A DNA stretch of 64,000 bases, from positions 17,219-81,218 of IMG/VR virus record IMGVR_UViG_3300018890_000002. One strand, 5' to 3'. This document shows, piece by piece, positions 1-9,164 of this stretch. How positions within the stretch are numbered: the stretch's first letter is position 1; every line of letters starts with the position of its first letter. The translations under genes were made by a program, and so were the position numbers. Source of the stretch: a virus. Under the pieces are notes generated by a model, which was not told the DNA's origin, made no database searches, and saw only the letters and a list, made by a program, of their open reading frames with translations.

Positions 1-93
1 TAAAGCTTTTCTAATAAGACTTCTAGTAACTTCAAATGCTTCTCTACTTCTTTTCCAAGTATTGAATTTAGAACGATATTTTTTAAGAATCAT
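1..93 (-). CDS. Partial ORF running off the window (MILKKYRSKFNTWKRSREAF...)
   Basis: ATG at 93 overlaps the stop of the 93..383 ORF; frame open to the window edge. Confidence 0.6.
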   Translation of the reverse strand, partial: MILKKYRSKFNTWKRSREAFEVTRSLIRKAL

Positions 94-383
94 TATTTCT
101 TTTTCTTTTGAGTTAAAAGTGAATTACCTAATGCTGCTCCCATTAATGTAGTAGCACCTGTTCCTATACCTCCAACAATGAGTTTTTCACGTAAAGATAA
201 TTTACTTCCTAGCGATCCTAATGCTGCACCTCCTATACCTCCTACTAATCCTGAACCAGCACCTATAGCTGCATTAATAAGCTTCTGTTTTCTTTTTCCC
301 TTATCTTTTCCTCTACCTTTACCGAATCTGTAAGAAACCTTATAGGAAGAATCAATTTGTCCAATGAATGTTATATTTCTCAT
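93..383 (-). CDS. Basic Gly-rich hydrophobic (glycine-zipper) protein, putative virion internal protein
   Basis: GxxxG-rich hydrophobic segments, GRGKDKGKRK motif, N-terminal ITFIG shared with neighbours. Confidence 0.7.
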   Translation of the reverse strand: MRNITFIGQIDSSYKVSYRFGKGRGKDKGKRKQKLINAAIGAGSGLVGGIGGAALGSLGSKLSLREKLIVGGIGTGATTLMGAALGNSLLTQKKKK

Positions 384-384
384 A

Positions 385-876
385 TTAAGAAATTGGTAAT
401 AAATAATTTTTCTTTCTCTTAAGACCTCGAAGTCCTCCTATCCCCCCACCTACCGCAGCTCCTTTATACCCGGCTTTCCAGGCACTTTTAGCTCCTTGAT
501 TGATAGCTCCACCAACTACACTTTTCCACCCACCTTTAAGACCTTTTAAACCACCTCTAATAGCACCAGATACTCCACCTACTCCAGCAGATAGAGTTCC
601 TACAGTTTTAGCATCATTAGATACTTTTCCTGCAAATGAAGTAGGAGCGTATCGCTTAGCTCTAGTGAGTAGAGAGTTATATCCATTTTTACGAACAAAA
701 CTATCAGTAGCACCTCGAAGTCCCCCCATTACTCCACCAGTGATTCCACCAGCATTGTAACCCGCAGCAGCTCCTACTCCAGCTCCAATAGCAGCACTTT
801 TTAATCGAGAAGGTTTCTTAGGTCTATTGAAGAAGTAAGAGGAATTAGTAGAACCAATAAAAGTTATTTTTTTCAT
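385..876 (-). CDS. Basic Gly/Ala-rich glycine-zipper protein
   Basis: MKKITFIG leader, GxxxG repeats, translationally coupled in the structural operon. Confidence 0.7.
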   Translation of the reverse strand: MKKITFIGSTNSSYFFNRPKKPSRLKSAAIGAGVGAAAGYNAGGITGGVMGGLRGATDSFVRKNGYNSLLTRAKRYAPTSFAGKVSNDAKTVGTLSAGVGGVSGAIRGGLKGLKGGWKSVVGGAINQGAKSAWKAGYKGAAVGGGIGGLRGLKRKKNYLLPIS

Positions 877-2120
877 TATTTTTTCTTTTTATTAGGTTGC
901 CTAAATCCTCTAACTAATCCTACTCCACTACCTAGTAAGCCTCCAGAAGCAGTACCCGCCACACCGCTAGTTAAACCAGATGTAACAGCTCCAGCTATTT
1001 TTTGTTTGAGAGAACCAGGAGTAAGTCTTGCACCTGAAACAGCTCCTTGTAAAGCAGACATACCACCAATAGTTTTAGCTCCTATTTTAGCGTCGTTACC
1101 AATTTTACCCGCTCTCGATCTAGCTCCAGTTTTTCGGAATCTATCTTTTTCTTTATCTATTTGTCTATCAATTAAAGCTCCCGAGACACCACTACCAACA
1201 GCACCAGTAACTCCTCCACCAATTAATCCTGTGACTAAACCTGTTTTTAAGCCTACTCTACTTTTTTTCTTTGGTTGACTACTAGGTAAATTAAAAGCAA
1301 ATTCAGTTATATTATCGTAATCGGAATAGCTATAGGTTTTTTTACCTACTTTAATAGTTTTTCTTTTAAGTAGTTTATTAATTCCTGTAGCTCCCGAAGC
1401 TAATAAGGAACCTCCTACTGCACCTAAAGCTCCTTTTATTGCTGCACTTTTAATACTTTTTGAACCTTTTAAGCTAGAAGCTACTCCAGTTAATGCTCCT
1501 ACTCCAGCACCTAATTGAGCGTTACGTTTCAATGTTTTGTTACGATCTATTTGAGGTAATCCAAAAGCAAAATTAGAGACGTTATCAGTAGATTCACTAA
1601 ACTTACCTTTCTTTTTCTTTCCCATTCTATTCTCTTGGACAAATCCTCTACCAGCACCTACTAAAGCACCAGTTCCAGCTCCATTAATAGCTCCAGAGAC
1701 TCCTCCACTGAGAACTCCTAAACCCGCTCCCAGAAGAGTGTTTTTAAGTTTATCTCTAGCTTCTGCTTTTTTATCTCTGCCTAATCCAAGAAATCCTTTT
1801 TTACGATGAGTGGGAAGACTAGAACCTAATGCAGCTCCAGCTAATCCAGCAGTAATAGCACTACCAATACCTACTGATTTAGCTCCTAATTTAGCATCAT
1901 GACCTACTTTACCCAAATGACTTCTTGCACCTTCCTTATCAAATCTATCTCGTTCTTTATTAACTCCTTTAGCAATTAAAGCTCCCGCGATTGTTCCTAC
2001 TGGGCCTCCTGCTACAGTGCCAAGACCTGCTCCTACCAAAGGATTAACTCTACTTTTACGTTTAGTCTTATCCTTCCCTCTACCAAATTGAGATTGAACG
2101 TTACCAATAAAATGAATCAT
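876..2120 (-). CDS. Multi-module Gly-rich glycine-zipper protein (about 3 modules, internal duplication)
   Basis: Repeated KE(R/K)DRFxKxGARSxxGK(V/I)GxDAK(L/I)GAK; modules separated by DNVSNFAF and DNITEFAF linkers. Confidence 0.75.
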   Translation of the reverse strand: MIHFIGNVQSQFGRGKDKTKRKSRVNPLVGAGLGTVAGGPVGTIAGALIAKGVNKERDRFDKEGARSHLGKVGHDAKLGAKSVGIGSAITAGLAGAALGSSLPTHRKKGFLGLGRDKKAEARDKLKNTLLGAGLGVLSGGVSGAINGAGTGALVGAGRGFVQENRMGKKKKGKFSESTDNVSNFAFGLPQIDRNKTLKRNAQLGAGVGALTGVASSLKGSKSIKSAAIKGALGAVGGSLLASGATGINKLLKRKTIKVGKKTYSYSDYDNITEFAFNLPSSQPKKKSRVGLKTGLVTGLIGGGVTGAVGSGVSGALIDRQIDKEKDRFRKTGARSRAGKIGNDAKIGAKTIGGMSALQGAVSGARLTPGSLKQKIAGAVTSGLTSGVAGTASGGLLGSGVGLVRGFRQPNKKKK

Positions 2121-2152
2121 ATATTTATCTCTTAATTATTATCTTTTTTCAA

Positions 2153-2743
2153 CTACCAAAGTCGTTCTTCTACACCAAAAACTCTAGATCTGTCTTGTCT
2201 AAAGTCAAATTCCATATTACTTCTATTATGTTGATACTTACCAATTACAGTATAGTTTCGAGTAATATTATCTCTTCTCTCAGTTAGTTGAGGAGTAAAA
2301 GGAAGAAGTAAAGGATAAGCTTCTCTTATTGCATTATCTTCAGGGGCAAAGATACCGGGGATATAAATACCTGAGCCGATAAAATATCCTTTAAGTAATT
2401 CCTTAGCTTTCTGATAAATAGTAGAACCAAACCCACCATCTCCTCCAAGTGAAGCAATCATTCCTTGATCGTAAAGAGACATCATTAGATCGTTAATAAC
2501 GAATCCTTCTAATATTGGTTCTATTAGTGGAATATCTCTTGGGTCAATAGGTAAGACATAAAGCATTCCAAAATAAGTATCAATAAGAGTTTCATTTCTA
2601 ATGATTAAATCGTGTATTAGTTCAGTATCTAAATTACTAGATAAAACTGATACATTATCACTAGGAATAAGAGAGTTAGTAAAGACATTAGCTCTTCTAC
2701 CTAATCGTCTTTGAATCTTTTCAACAGTTATATACTTATACAT
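2153..2743 (-). CDS. Head-tail adaptor, Mu gp36/DUF1320-like
   Basis: MYKYITVEKIQRRL start and LIDTYFGMLYVLPI motif resemble the gp36 family; start moved to ATG 2743, which overlaps the upstream stop. Confidence 0.6.
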   Translation of the reverse strand: MYKYITVEKIQRRLGRRANVFTNSLIPSDNVSVLSSNLDTELIHDLIIRNETLIDTYFGMLYVLPIDPRDIPLIEPILEGFVINDLMMSLYDQGMIASLGGDGGFGSTIYQKAKELLKGYFIGSGIYIPGIFAPEDNAIREAYPLLLPFTPQLTERRDNITRNYTVIGKYQHNRSNMEFDFRQDRSRVFGVEERLW

Positions 2744-3165
2744 TAGATTCCATTCTTCTTTTTCCAATCATCAAATCGGGTAGCAGCTCTTAAGTTTCTA
2801 GCTACATCTAAACCATGCTTCTTATTCCATCTTTGAGCTTTAACTTTATTCATAAGTCCCCCTGCAATATCTTTTTTAATGTTGAGTCCAGTATTTACTA
2901 CTCCTCTAGCTTGTTGTACACCTGGTAGTATAGTATTTTTAAAGTAGTTTTTCTTACTCTTATCATTCATAAATATCCCAGCAGTTTTCATAGCTGCATA
3001 AGTCTGTCCACCTGTAACTAATCCTCTTTTAATCTTTTGATGGGTAGTAGCTTTTGAATCTCCAGTAGCAGCTAATGCCCCAACCGCTAAGGGAACTAAA
3101 TATGGGCTATTCTTTTCTATAAATCTCTTACGTTTTTTAGCTGGACTATCAAATGGTCGCCACAT
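2743..3165 (-). CDS. Basic protein with a hydrophobic segment, putative virion protein
   Basis: Coupled ORF in the structural operon; YLVPLAVGALAATG hydrophobic stretch. Confidence 0.6.
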   Translation of the reverse strand: MWRPFDSPAKKRKRFIEKNSPYLVPLAVGALAATGDSKATTHQKIKRGLVTGGQTYAAMKTAGIFMNDKSKKNYFKNTILPGVQQARGVVNTGLNIKKDIAGGLMNKVKAQRWNKKHGLDVARNLRAATRFDDWKKKNGI

Positions 3166-4718
3166 TAATCTTTCCCCTCTATTTGTCTCATCTCTTTATT
3201 TATATCATTAATGACAGGTCGAATAAGTCTAGGATATATACTAGGTAAAAGTTGTCCAAAAATAACATAACATACAGCTAGAAAAGCTAATACCCCTTTT
3301 AGGTTTAACTCCTTAAAAAAACTAAGGACATTGACGTTTAATAAATCATCTAATTGGTCTTTTAACTTCTTATTACTTTCTTCTATTCTAGTTAACTTTT
3401 CTCTCATAACATTGTCTTCATTTTTCAGAAAAGCAACGTCATTGAGTAAATTATTATCATTATTATAAAAAATAGTATTATTAAGTCTACTGATTTCTTC
3501 TTCCAATTTACGAATAATTATTTCTGCTTTTATAAGTCCTTCTGGGTTAGAAGTAAGAGGATTATGAATTAACTTAGAAAAAACATCATTAGACATTTTA
3601 GTATTTTCTAAAGTCTTCAATAGTAAATCGGTTCTTCCTTCCATCTCATCTATACGAGTAGTTAAAAGAGCTTCTTGACTTTGATCGATTACAGTAGATA
3701 AAATTCTCGCTTGCCCATCTCTATTAATTAATCTATTAGACCACTTAGTATCAATGAGAGAACCGTCTTTTTTAGCTAACTTAAAATTACTAATTACACT
3801 TTCTACTTCATGAGCAATTAGTCTATAAATCTGACCTTGCATTTTAATCGAATCTTCATCATTAAAAAGATTAAGTTCAGAAATATGTTTCCCTAAAGCT
3901 ACTTCATTACTCCAACCTAACGTTTCACAAGCTTGTTTATTCCATCTACTAACTTTACAATCTTTATCCCACTCTATTTTTATAATTACACTACTGTTAA
4001 AACTATCTTCATCTAGGTTTTTAAGCTCTGTTATTTTTGAAGTCATCTCAACTTCTAAAGTAATATCTCTTAAATAACCAACAATTTTGGATTCACCATC
4101 TTTAGGTATTACACAAGAATGGTCTAATATACTAATAGCTTTTCCTGAACTATGTAGTAGTCTATACTTCTGATAAAAAGAAGATATTTTATTTTTTATA
4201 TTTTTTGCTAACTCTTTAGAGAAGAATTCTTTATCTTCAGGATGTATAAGATCCAAATAAGGTCTAGATAATAATTCTTTTTTTGTATATCCCAATAAAG
4301 AAACTACATTATCAGAAATCTCATCTATCTTCTCTTCTTTATTATTAAGCCAACGAATAAGAAATATATAATCTTCTTTAAATAGTGTCTCTGCTAATAA
4401 AGTATCGGTTTTTTCAGTTCCTACCACTACTATGTAATTCTGATATCTATAACCAGTAAAAATAATTTCTATCTCCCTTTTGTTTTGGACATCGTTGATA
4501 GTAGTAGTTATAGTATTTTCACCTTCATTAAATACTTTATCTAGAAAAGACCTGGTACTATCTGAGTAAGTGTATCCTTTAACAGTTTCAAAATTACTTA
4601 CTGCTTGATTAAGTCTATCTGTCTTATACGAAGGAATATAGTAAGTAATATTATCACTTATATATCTGTAATAATAATTCTCCCCACATTTTTCAATTAA
4701 TATACTAAAAACAACCAT
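3165..4718 (-). CDS. Tandem PAS/PAC domain protein with coiled coil and C-terminal TM helix, no recognisable output domain
   Basis: LLGYTKKELLSRPYLDLIHPED...YRLLHSSGK...IVGYLRDIT (PAS_3-like) and WNKQACETLGWS...KKDGSLIDTKWS (second PAS); TM segment GVLAFLAVCYVIFGQLL. Confidence 0.85.
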   Translation of the reverse strand: MVVFSILIEKCGENYYYRYISDNITYYIPSYKTDRLNQAVSNFETVKGYTYSDSTRSFLDKVFNEGENTITTTINDVQNKREIEIIFTGYRYQNYIVVVGTEKTDTLLAETLFKEDYIFLIRWLNNKEEKIDEISDNVVSLLGYTKKELLSRPYLDLIHPEDKEFFSKELAKNIKNKISSFYQKYRLLHSSGKAISILDHSCVIPKDGESKIVGYLRDITLEVEMTSKITELKNLDEDSFNSSVIIKIEWDKDCKVSRWNKQACETLGWSNEVALGKHISELNLFNDEDSIKMQGQIYRLIAHEVESVISNFKLAKKDGSLIDTKWSNRLINRDGQARILSTVIDQSQEALLTTRIDEMEGRTDLLLKTLENTKMSNDVFSKLIHNPLTSNPEGLIKAEIIIRKLEEEISRLNNTIFYNNDNNLLNDVAFLKNEDNVMREKLTRIEESNKKLKDQLDDLLNVNVLSFFKELNLKGVLAFLAVCYVIFGQLLPSIYPRLIRPVINDINKEMRQIEGKD

Positions 4719-4723
4719 TTCAT

Positions 4724-5002
4724 TTATTCTTTCGTTTTGGTAGGGGCAAGCTTAGTAGTTAACAAGCCCACTGGAATACCTGACTCTGCACTTTCTCTGA
4801 TATCATTATTCACTCTCATACGACCTTGACTTACTCCTAAGAAACTAAATGTTCCAATGAGCAATTGAGTAAAATCTTCTTTAGTCATTTCTTTCTCATA
4901 TAGGTAATTTACTATTGGTGAGTAGACTACTGAAAGATAAAGTAAGAAAGAAAAGAAAAAAGTCTTAGTGAAGTAAAGAGAACGTTTCATTTTACTTTTC
5001 AT
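4724..5002 (-). CDS. Putative holin (2 TM) with possible dual start (Met-Lys-Ser-Lys-Met)
   Basis: Small, two hydrophobic helices, charged C-tail, immediately downstream of the endolysin; ATGs at 5002 and 4990. Confidence 0.6.
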   Translation of the reverse strand: MKSKMKRSLYFTKTFFFSFLLYLSVVYSPIVNYLYEKEMTKEDFTQLLIGTFSFLGVSQGRMRVNNDIRESAESGIPVGLLTTKLAPTKTKE

Positions 5003-5007
5003 ATTTT

Positions 5008-5784
5008 TTAATTTGCTATATGCACCCAATAATTTCCATCACCTTCAGGAGCGCCTACTTGTTTAATTAATGGGAAAGAATATAACGTTTCTTTACCCGC
5101 AGTAGGACTATGAATATATCCATTATGAGTAAACTCTCCATAAGGATCGTTAACTATAAATGCACCAACTCCATCATAAGCGTCATAATCAGAACCAACT
5201 AAGAGAATAATATGAGTACCTTCAGTCAAGAATGTTCCTAAAATAACAGGAGCTTTTTTAACAGCATCTTTTATCTCTTGGAATGTCCCAGTAGTAATAG
5301 GAGTATATTTAACTCCATAACTATTCATAATAGCGGATATGTCTTGGTGAGAAAATCTATCATATCCTAAATCTAAGCATTTATTATATAAAGCATCAGG
5401 AGTTACCTTAATCTTATAAAAAGACAAGAGCATTGCTACACAACTTAAGAAACAAGAAGTATAAGGTTGATAGTTATTATATAGTTGATAATAGTAATCA
5501 GTTTTAAGTGAAGTTTTACTATTAGAGCTAGTAACAGGATTTTTAGATTCTTCCGTTATATCAACGTGTTCTTTATAGATGTACCAAACTCTAACACCTA
5601 CAGGTAAATCTTTTAAATTAGATGTAAGTAGTTTAACCTCTAAGTGATTATCTTTTTCTCTTAAAATATCTACTACTATTTCAGTGTTAATCTCCAACCA
5701 ATAAAAGTATTTAGAGTCAAGTTCAATGAATGGAATTGGTCTACTCTTAAGAGGAGTTTTATTTATGATTTTTAATTTAGACAT
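5008..5784 (-). CDS. Putative endolysin, C39-like cysteine peptidase with N-terminal SH3-like region
   Basis: YYYQLYN...SCFLSCVAMLL (Cys), GTHIILLVG (His), FIVNDPYG (Asp). Confidence 0.75.
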   Translation of the reverse strand: MSKLKIINKTPLKSRPIPFIELDSKYFYWLEINTEIVVDILREKDNHLEVKLLTSNLKDLPVGVRVWYIYKEHVDITEESKNPVTSSNSKTSLKTDYYYQLYNNYQPYTSCFLSCVAMLLSFYKIKVTPDALYNKCLDLGYDRFSHQDISAIMNSYGVKYTPITTGTFQEIKDAVKKAPVILGTFLTEGTHIILLVGSDYDAYDGVGAFIVNDPYGEFTHNGYIHSPTAGKETLYSFPLIKQVGAPEGDGNYWVHIAN

Positions 5785-5789
5785 ATTAT

Positions 5790-6191
5790 TTAAATAAGGG
5801 TAACTTTAGAAGTGAAATAGCCTTCGTCAATAGTAATTTCTGCGGTATCCGGGAACACGGCTTTAGTAACAAAATAAACTGAAGAATCTAATTTTGGGTC
5901 TAATCGAGTCTGAAGTACTTCCTTTTCTACTAGACCTTTAAAAATAATCTTAGAAGGTTCAGTAACAATAGGAGATAATCCACTAAGAGTCCCGTAGTTT
6001 CCTACAGCAAAACCAGTAGTAGAAGTATTAGTGAACACAGTAAAATTAACTGATACTCCAACACCTAATAGTGAGGGGTTATCTAAGGACTCTAAACTAA
6101 CACCTAGTGGCAAATCATCCCCTCTAGGAATAACTGAACCAGATAGCTTATTATCTTTCCACTCACGATACGTAACAGTTTTAATAGACAT
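5790..6191 (-). CDS. Hypothetical structural-operon protein
   Basis: Coupled ORF, beta-rich composition. Confidence 0.6.
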   Translation of the reverse strand: MSIKTVTYREWKDNKLSGSVIPRGDDLPLGVSLESLDNPSLLGVGVSVNFTVFTNTSTTGFAVGNYGTLSGLSPIVTEPSKIIFKGLVEKEVLQTRLDPKLDSSVYFVTKAVFPDTAEITIDEGYFTSKVTLI

Positions 6192-6606
6192 AGAATTCTC
6201 CGTTATCAGTAAATTTAGAAATATTTTGAGTAGTCTTAGCTGAAATCATCATTTCGTAATTAAGCTTATGAATTCGGTTAGGAAATTCTAAAGACTTACT
6301 CTCATAGAAAGTAGGAATATCACTTCCGTTTACGTATAAGATAGCCTGAATCTTTTCCACTTGTACTAAGGGAAATACAAAACTATCAGTATCGTATTGT
6401 TTAAGTAAGATTCCAGTTAGTTGGTGATATATCTTAAATGTCAATCCAATATTATTGATAGTAATTGGTAAAGAAGAAGTAATATCTACTATTACTGGGA
6501 TAGTGTCTGTAATAGAATGACTAGAGTGTTTAAGATATACTTGAGGTCTCTCTTTATAGTTATCTCTAACTACTTGGAGAGTTGTAACTTTATGTTGTAT
6601 GAGCAT
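6181..6606 (-). CDS. Hypothetical structural-operon protein
   Basis: Overlaps the downstream gene by 11 nt. Confidence 0.6.
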   Translation of the reverse strand: MLIQHKVTTLQVVRDNYKERPQVYLKHSSHSITDTIPVIVDITSSLPITINNIGLTFKIYHQLTGILLKQYDTDSFVFPLVQVEKIQAILYVNGSDIPTFYESKSLEFPNRIHKLNYEMMISAKTTQNISKFTDNGEFYVY

Positions 6607-6666
6607 CGTTAAAAAAATAAGTATAGCTATTAAACCATACTTACATCATATCTGTTTATTAGCTTT

Positions 6667-7101
6667 TTATTGAAAAGAAAAGTTAAATTCTTCCCAGCTT
6701 TTACCCATAGGAGGTTTTACTTTAGTAGTCAAATCAGTTAAATCTGTGTAAGGCTTATTAGTTACTAATTGAGTAGCAATCTTTTCACCAATACCTTTAA
6801 GTTCTTTAATTTGCTCTAGAGTCATTCTATTAACATCTAGCTTAGATACAATTTCTACCTTACTAGGGTCGTAAAACTTAGGAGTTAGAGTAGTTACTTG
6901 AGGTTCAGTTAAGTGATAAGTTTCATCTGTAATAGAAGTCTCTTTATAAACAGCTACTTGAGTATCATCCTCTATAGTCACAACATTCATAGGGGTTAGG
7001 TATTCTTTAGGAATTTCTCCTTCCATATAAGCAGTCTTCCTAGCGAACAGCATATTACCCTCTTTAGTAAGAATGTTTTTTAGCAGAATATATTTTTTCA
7101 T
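6667..7101 (-). CDS. Helix-hairpin-helix (ComEA-like) domain protein
   Basis: LDVNRMTLEQIKELKGIGEKIATQLV...PYTDLTDL motif; directly after the capsid gene. Confidence 0.8.
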   Translation of the reverse strand: MKKYILLKNILTKEGNMLFARKTAYMEGEIPKEYLTPMNVVTIEDDTQVAVYKETSITDETYHLTEPQVTTLTPKFYDPSKVEIVSKLDVNRMTLEQIKELKGIGEKIATQLVTNKPYTDLTDLTTKVKPPMGKSWEEFNFSFQ

Positions 7102-7107
7102 TGTTTA

Positions 7108-8274
7108 TTATTTTACTTGTTGAGAGTATAGCTGCTTAGGATTCATTGCAATAGGTAGAAAAGTAGCAGTTGCCATTGATACGTCTTGCTTAGGATGTTT
7201 ATTTTGTTCATAAGTAGTTACATAGATACCTGATTTAGGCTCAATAGGAACATCTCCACTACCAACAATTGCAGGAACAGATTCAAGAGTAGGGCCAATA
7301 GCACTAATTCCCATATCTTCTTTAAGAAATACGAATCGATTGTTATTCAAAAAGTTAACATCGACAATTGAACCGTCAGGAAGTTGTTCTTGATACTTTT
7401 CTTCAAATACTTCTACTTCTGGTAAATCTCTCATTGATAAGAGTTTTCTACCCATATCAGGAGATACTAGACCTAATTCAGTAGTAGTCAGCTGGCGAGC
7501 AGCATCTCTGGTACTCTTTTGCTGTAAAAAATCCTTCCATAACTTACGACTCATTACAATTTTATCTGGCATATAACCATTAGTATCGTAGTAAGTATCA
7601 CACGCATCAGATAGATTTTGCAGAGCTTGAGCATTTGCATAATCATTCCACTTATTCAAAGTAGGAGTTACTGTATTTCCGGTATCAGTAAGAGGAGCAG
7701 GAAAATGATTGTAATTAACTCCAGCTTTTTTAAAATCTAGTGATAGAGGAATGCCTGTTCGTGGGTCAGTCATATCAACTGCACCAGTTTGAACTACTTG
7801 CCATTTCAAGTGATCCATCCGGTCAGTAATACCTCTCAATAAGTCATTCATTTGACCAAAGAGAATAGTAGCTAAGTCAGGACTTGAACCAGGAGTTACA
7901 GTACCATTAGGATTATAAACCTTTTGAACTTTAATACCTTTAGTAATAGCTAGATTCTGAGCTTCCATCATTTTCCACTGAGTTTCTTCATCATAAAGAC
8001 GTGAAGTACCTAGTTTGAATAATGTAGCAGCCATCCTTTCAACTCCACCAAAGCTTACCAATGGAATTTCAGCTCCATAAGCAACTATTGATGCAGCAGG
8101 TGCTACTCGTTTAGTAAGTAAACCAACAAAATCTCTCCCATCAAACATTTGAGTAGGGAAGTATTTATCAATTAGCTTTCCTCTTTTGAGTAGCATATTT
8201 TCAGTTTCATCTACCATAGCCATTACTTGCTTGGCGACAAACCTTTCAGAAAAAAAACTTGCAACGTATGCCAT
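7108..8274 (-). CDS. Major capsid protein (HK97 fold, lambda gpE-like family)
   Basis: 388 aa; PAASIVAYGAEIP and GYMPDKIVMSRKLW motifs; protease-scaffold-decoration-capsid synteny. Confidence 0.85.
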   Translation of the reverse strand: MAYVASFFSERFVAKQVMAMVDETENMLLKRGKLIDKYFPTQMFDGRDFVGLLTKRVAPAASIVAYGAEIPLVSFGGVERMAATLFKLGTSRLYDEETQWKMMEAQNLAITKGIKVQKVYNPNGTVTPGSSPDLATILFGQMNDLLRGITDRMDHLKWQVVQTGAVDMTDPRTGIPLSLDFKKAGVNYNHFPAPLTDTGNTVTPTLNKWNDYANAQALQNLSDACDTYYDTNGYMPDKIVMSRKLWKDFLQQKSTRDAARQLTTTELGLVSPDMGRKLLSMRDLPEVEVFEEKYQEQLPDGSIVDVNFLNNNRFVFLKEDMGISAIGPTLESVPAIVGSGDVPIEPKSGIYVTTYEQNKHPKQDVSMATATFLPIAMNPKQLYSQQVK

Positions 8275-8315
8275 ATATTTTTTATTTATTTATCTTTTTA
8301 TTGATTAATTTATTA

Positions 8316-9152
8316 CTAAGACCATACTTCTCTAATGTGAAGTCTAGGACACTCATAAGTAATAGAGTTATCCCAGTGAGGTAAAGCTAATTTATAGATC
8401 TTAGCTTCATCAATTACTCCAATAGTATTTCCAGTAATTCCACCAGAAGTATAATCAACTGAGTGAGGAAAAATACCTAAGACTTCATCTTGAGGAACTC
8501 CAACAACTGAACCAACAGGAAGAGTTCCAGAAGCAGCCCCACCTAGAATAATTTCTTCGGTTTCGTTATCTATTGCTTGAATAGTACCAATCGGAGCAGT
8601 TGTGAGAACAGTAGTAGTAGGAGTAGTACCAAGAGTTCCACTAGGAGTAAACGTCACAGGAGGAATAGCTGAGGGAGAGTAGAAGTAGATATTAGCTCCC
8701 ATAGGTATTAATTCTAATACACTACTAATATCAGGTAGCATATTGAAATACTTAGCAATCATACTAGCTGCTTCTGTAGCATTAGCTGCACCAACAGGAG
8801 TATATTTAAATGTCTTAGTTTCATTAATAGTAAGACCTGCTTCAGCTACTCCACTCACTGCTAAAACTGCCATTGGTTGACTAATTTGAAGCATATCTCC
8901 TTGAACGAACACATAAGGATTTTTTACTTTTAGTCTACTTCCACTAGGAGAAACAGTTACTTTTGAACGTGGAAGAAATCGGTGAACTCCATCTTTCTTA
9001 GAAACAAAGTGACCTTCTTCTAGTGCTTTTCTACCTTCTTTATTAGGTGAAATATGTTTACCAGTCATTGCAACGTGGTAAGGAACTCTAATATTTCTGG
9101 GATAAGCAATAATCGCTTTTTCAGCGGTAGTCGATCCGTATCTTGCAAACAT
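8316..9152 (-). CDS. Head decoration/cement protein
   Basis: Between scaffold and capsid genes; EGRKALEEGHFV N-terminus with beta-rich insertions. Confidence 0.6.
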   Translation of the reverse strand: MFARYGSTTAEKAIIAYPRNIRVPYHVAMTGKHISPNKEGRKALEEGHFVSKKDGVHRFLPRSKVTVSPSGSRLKVKNPYVFVQGDMLQISQPMAVLAVSGVAEAGLTINETKTFKYTPVGAANATEAASMIAKYFNMLPDISSVLELIPMGANIYFYSPSAIPPVTFTPSGTLGTTPTTTVLTTAPIGTIQAIDNETEEIILGGAASGTLPVGSVVGVPQDEVLGIFPHSVDYTSGGITGNTIGVIDEAKIYKLALPHWDNSITYECPRLHIREVWS

Positions 9153-9164
9153 ATAATTTATCTA

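Noticed and set aside
500-1278. Plus-strand Pro-rich ORFs 500..760 and 1006..1278
   Set aside because: Antisense shadows of Gly-rich genes
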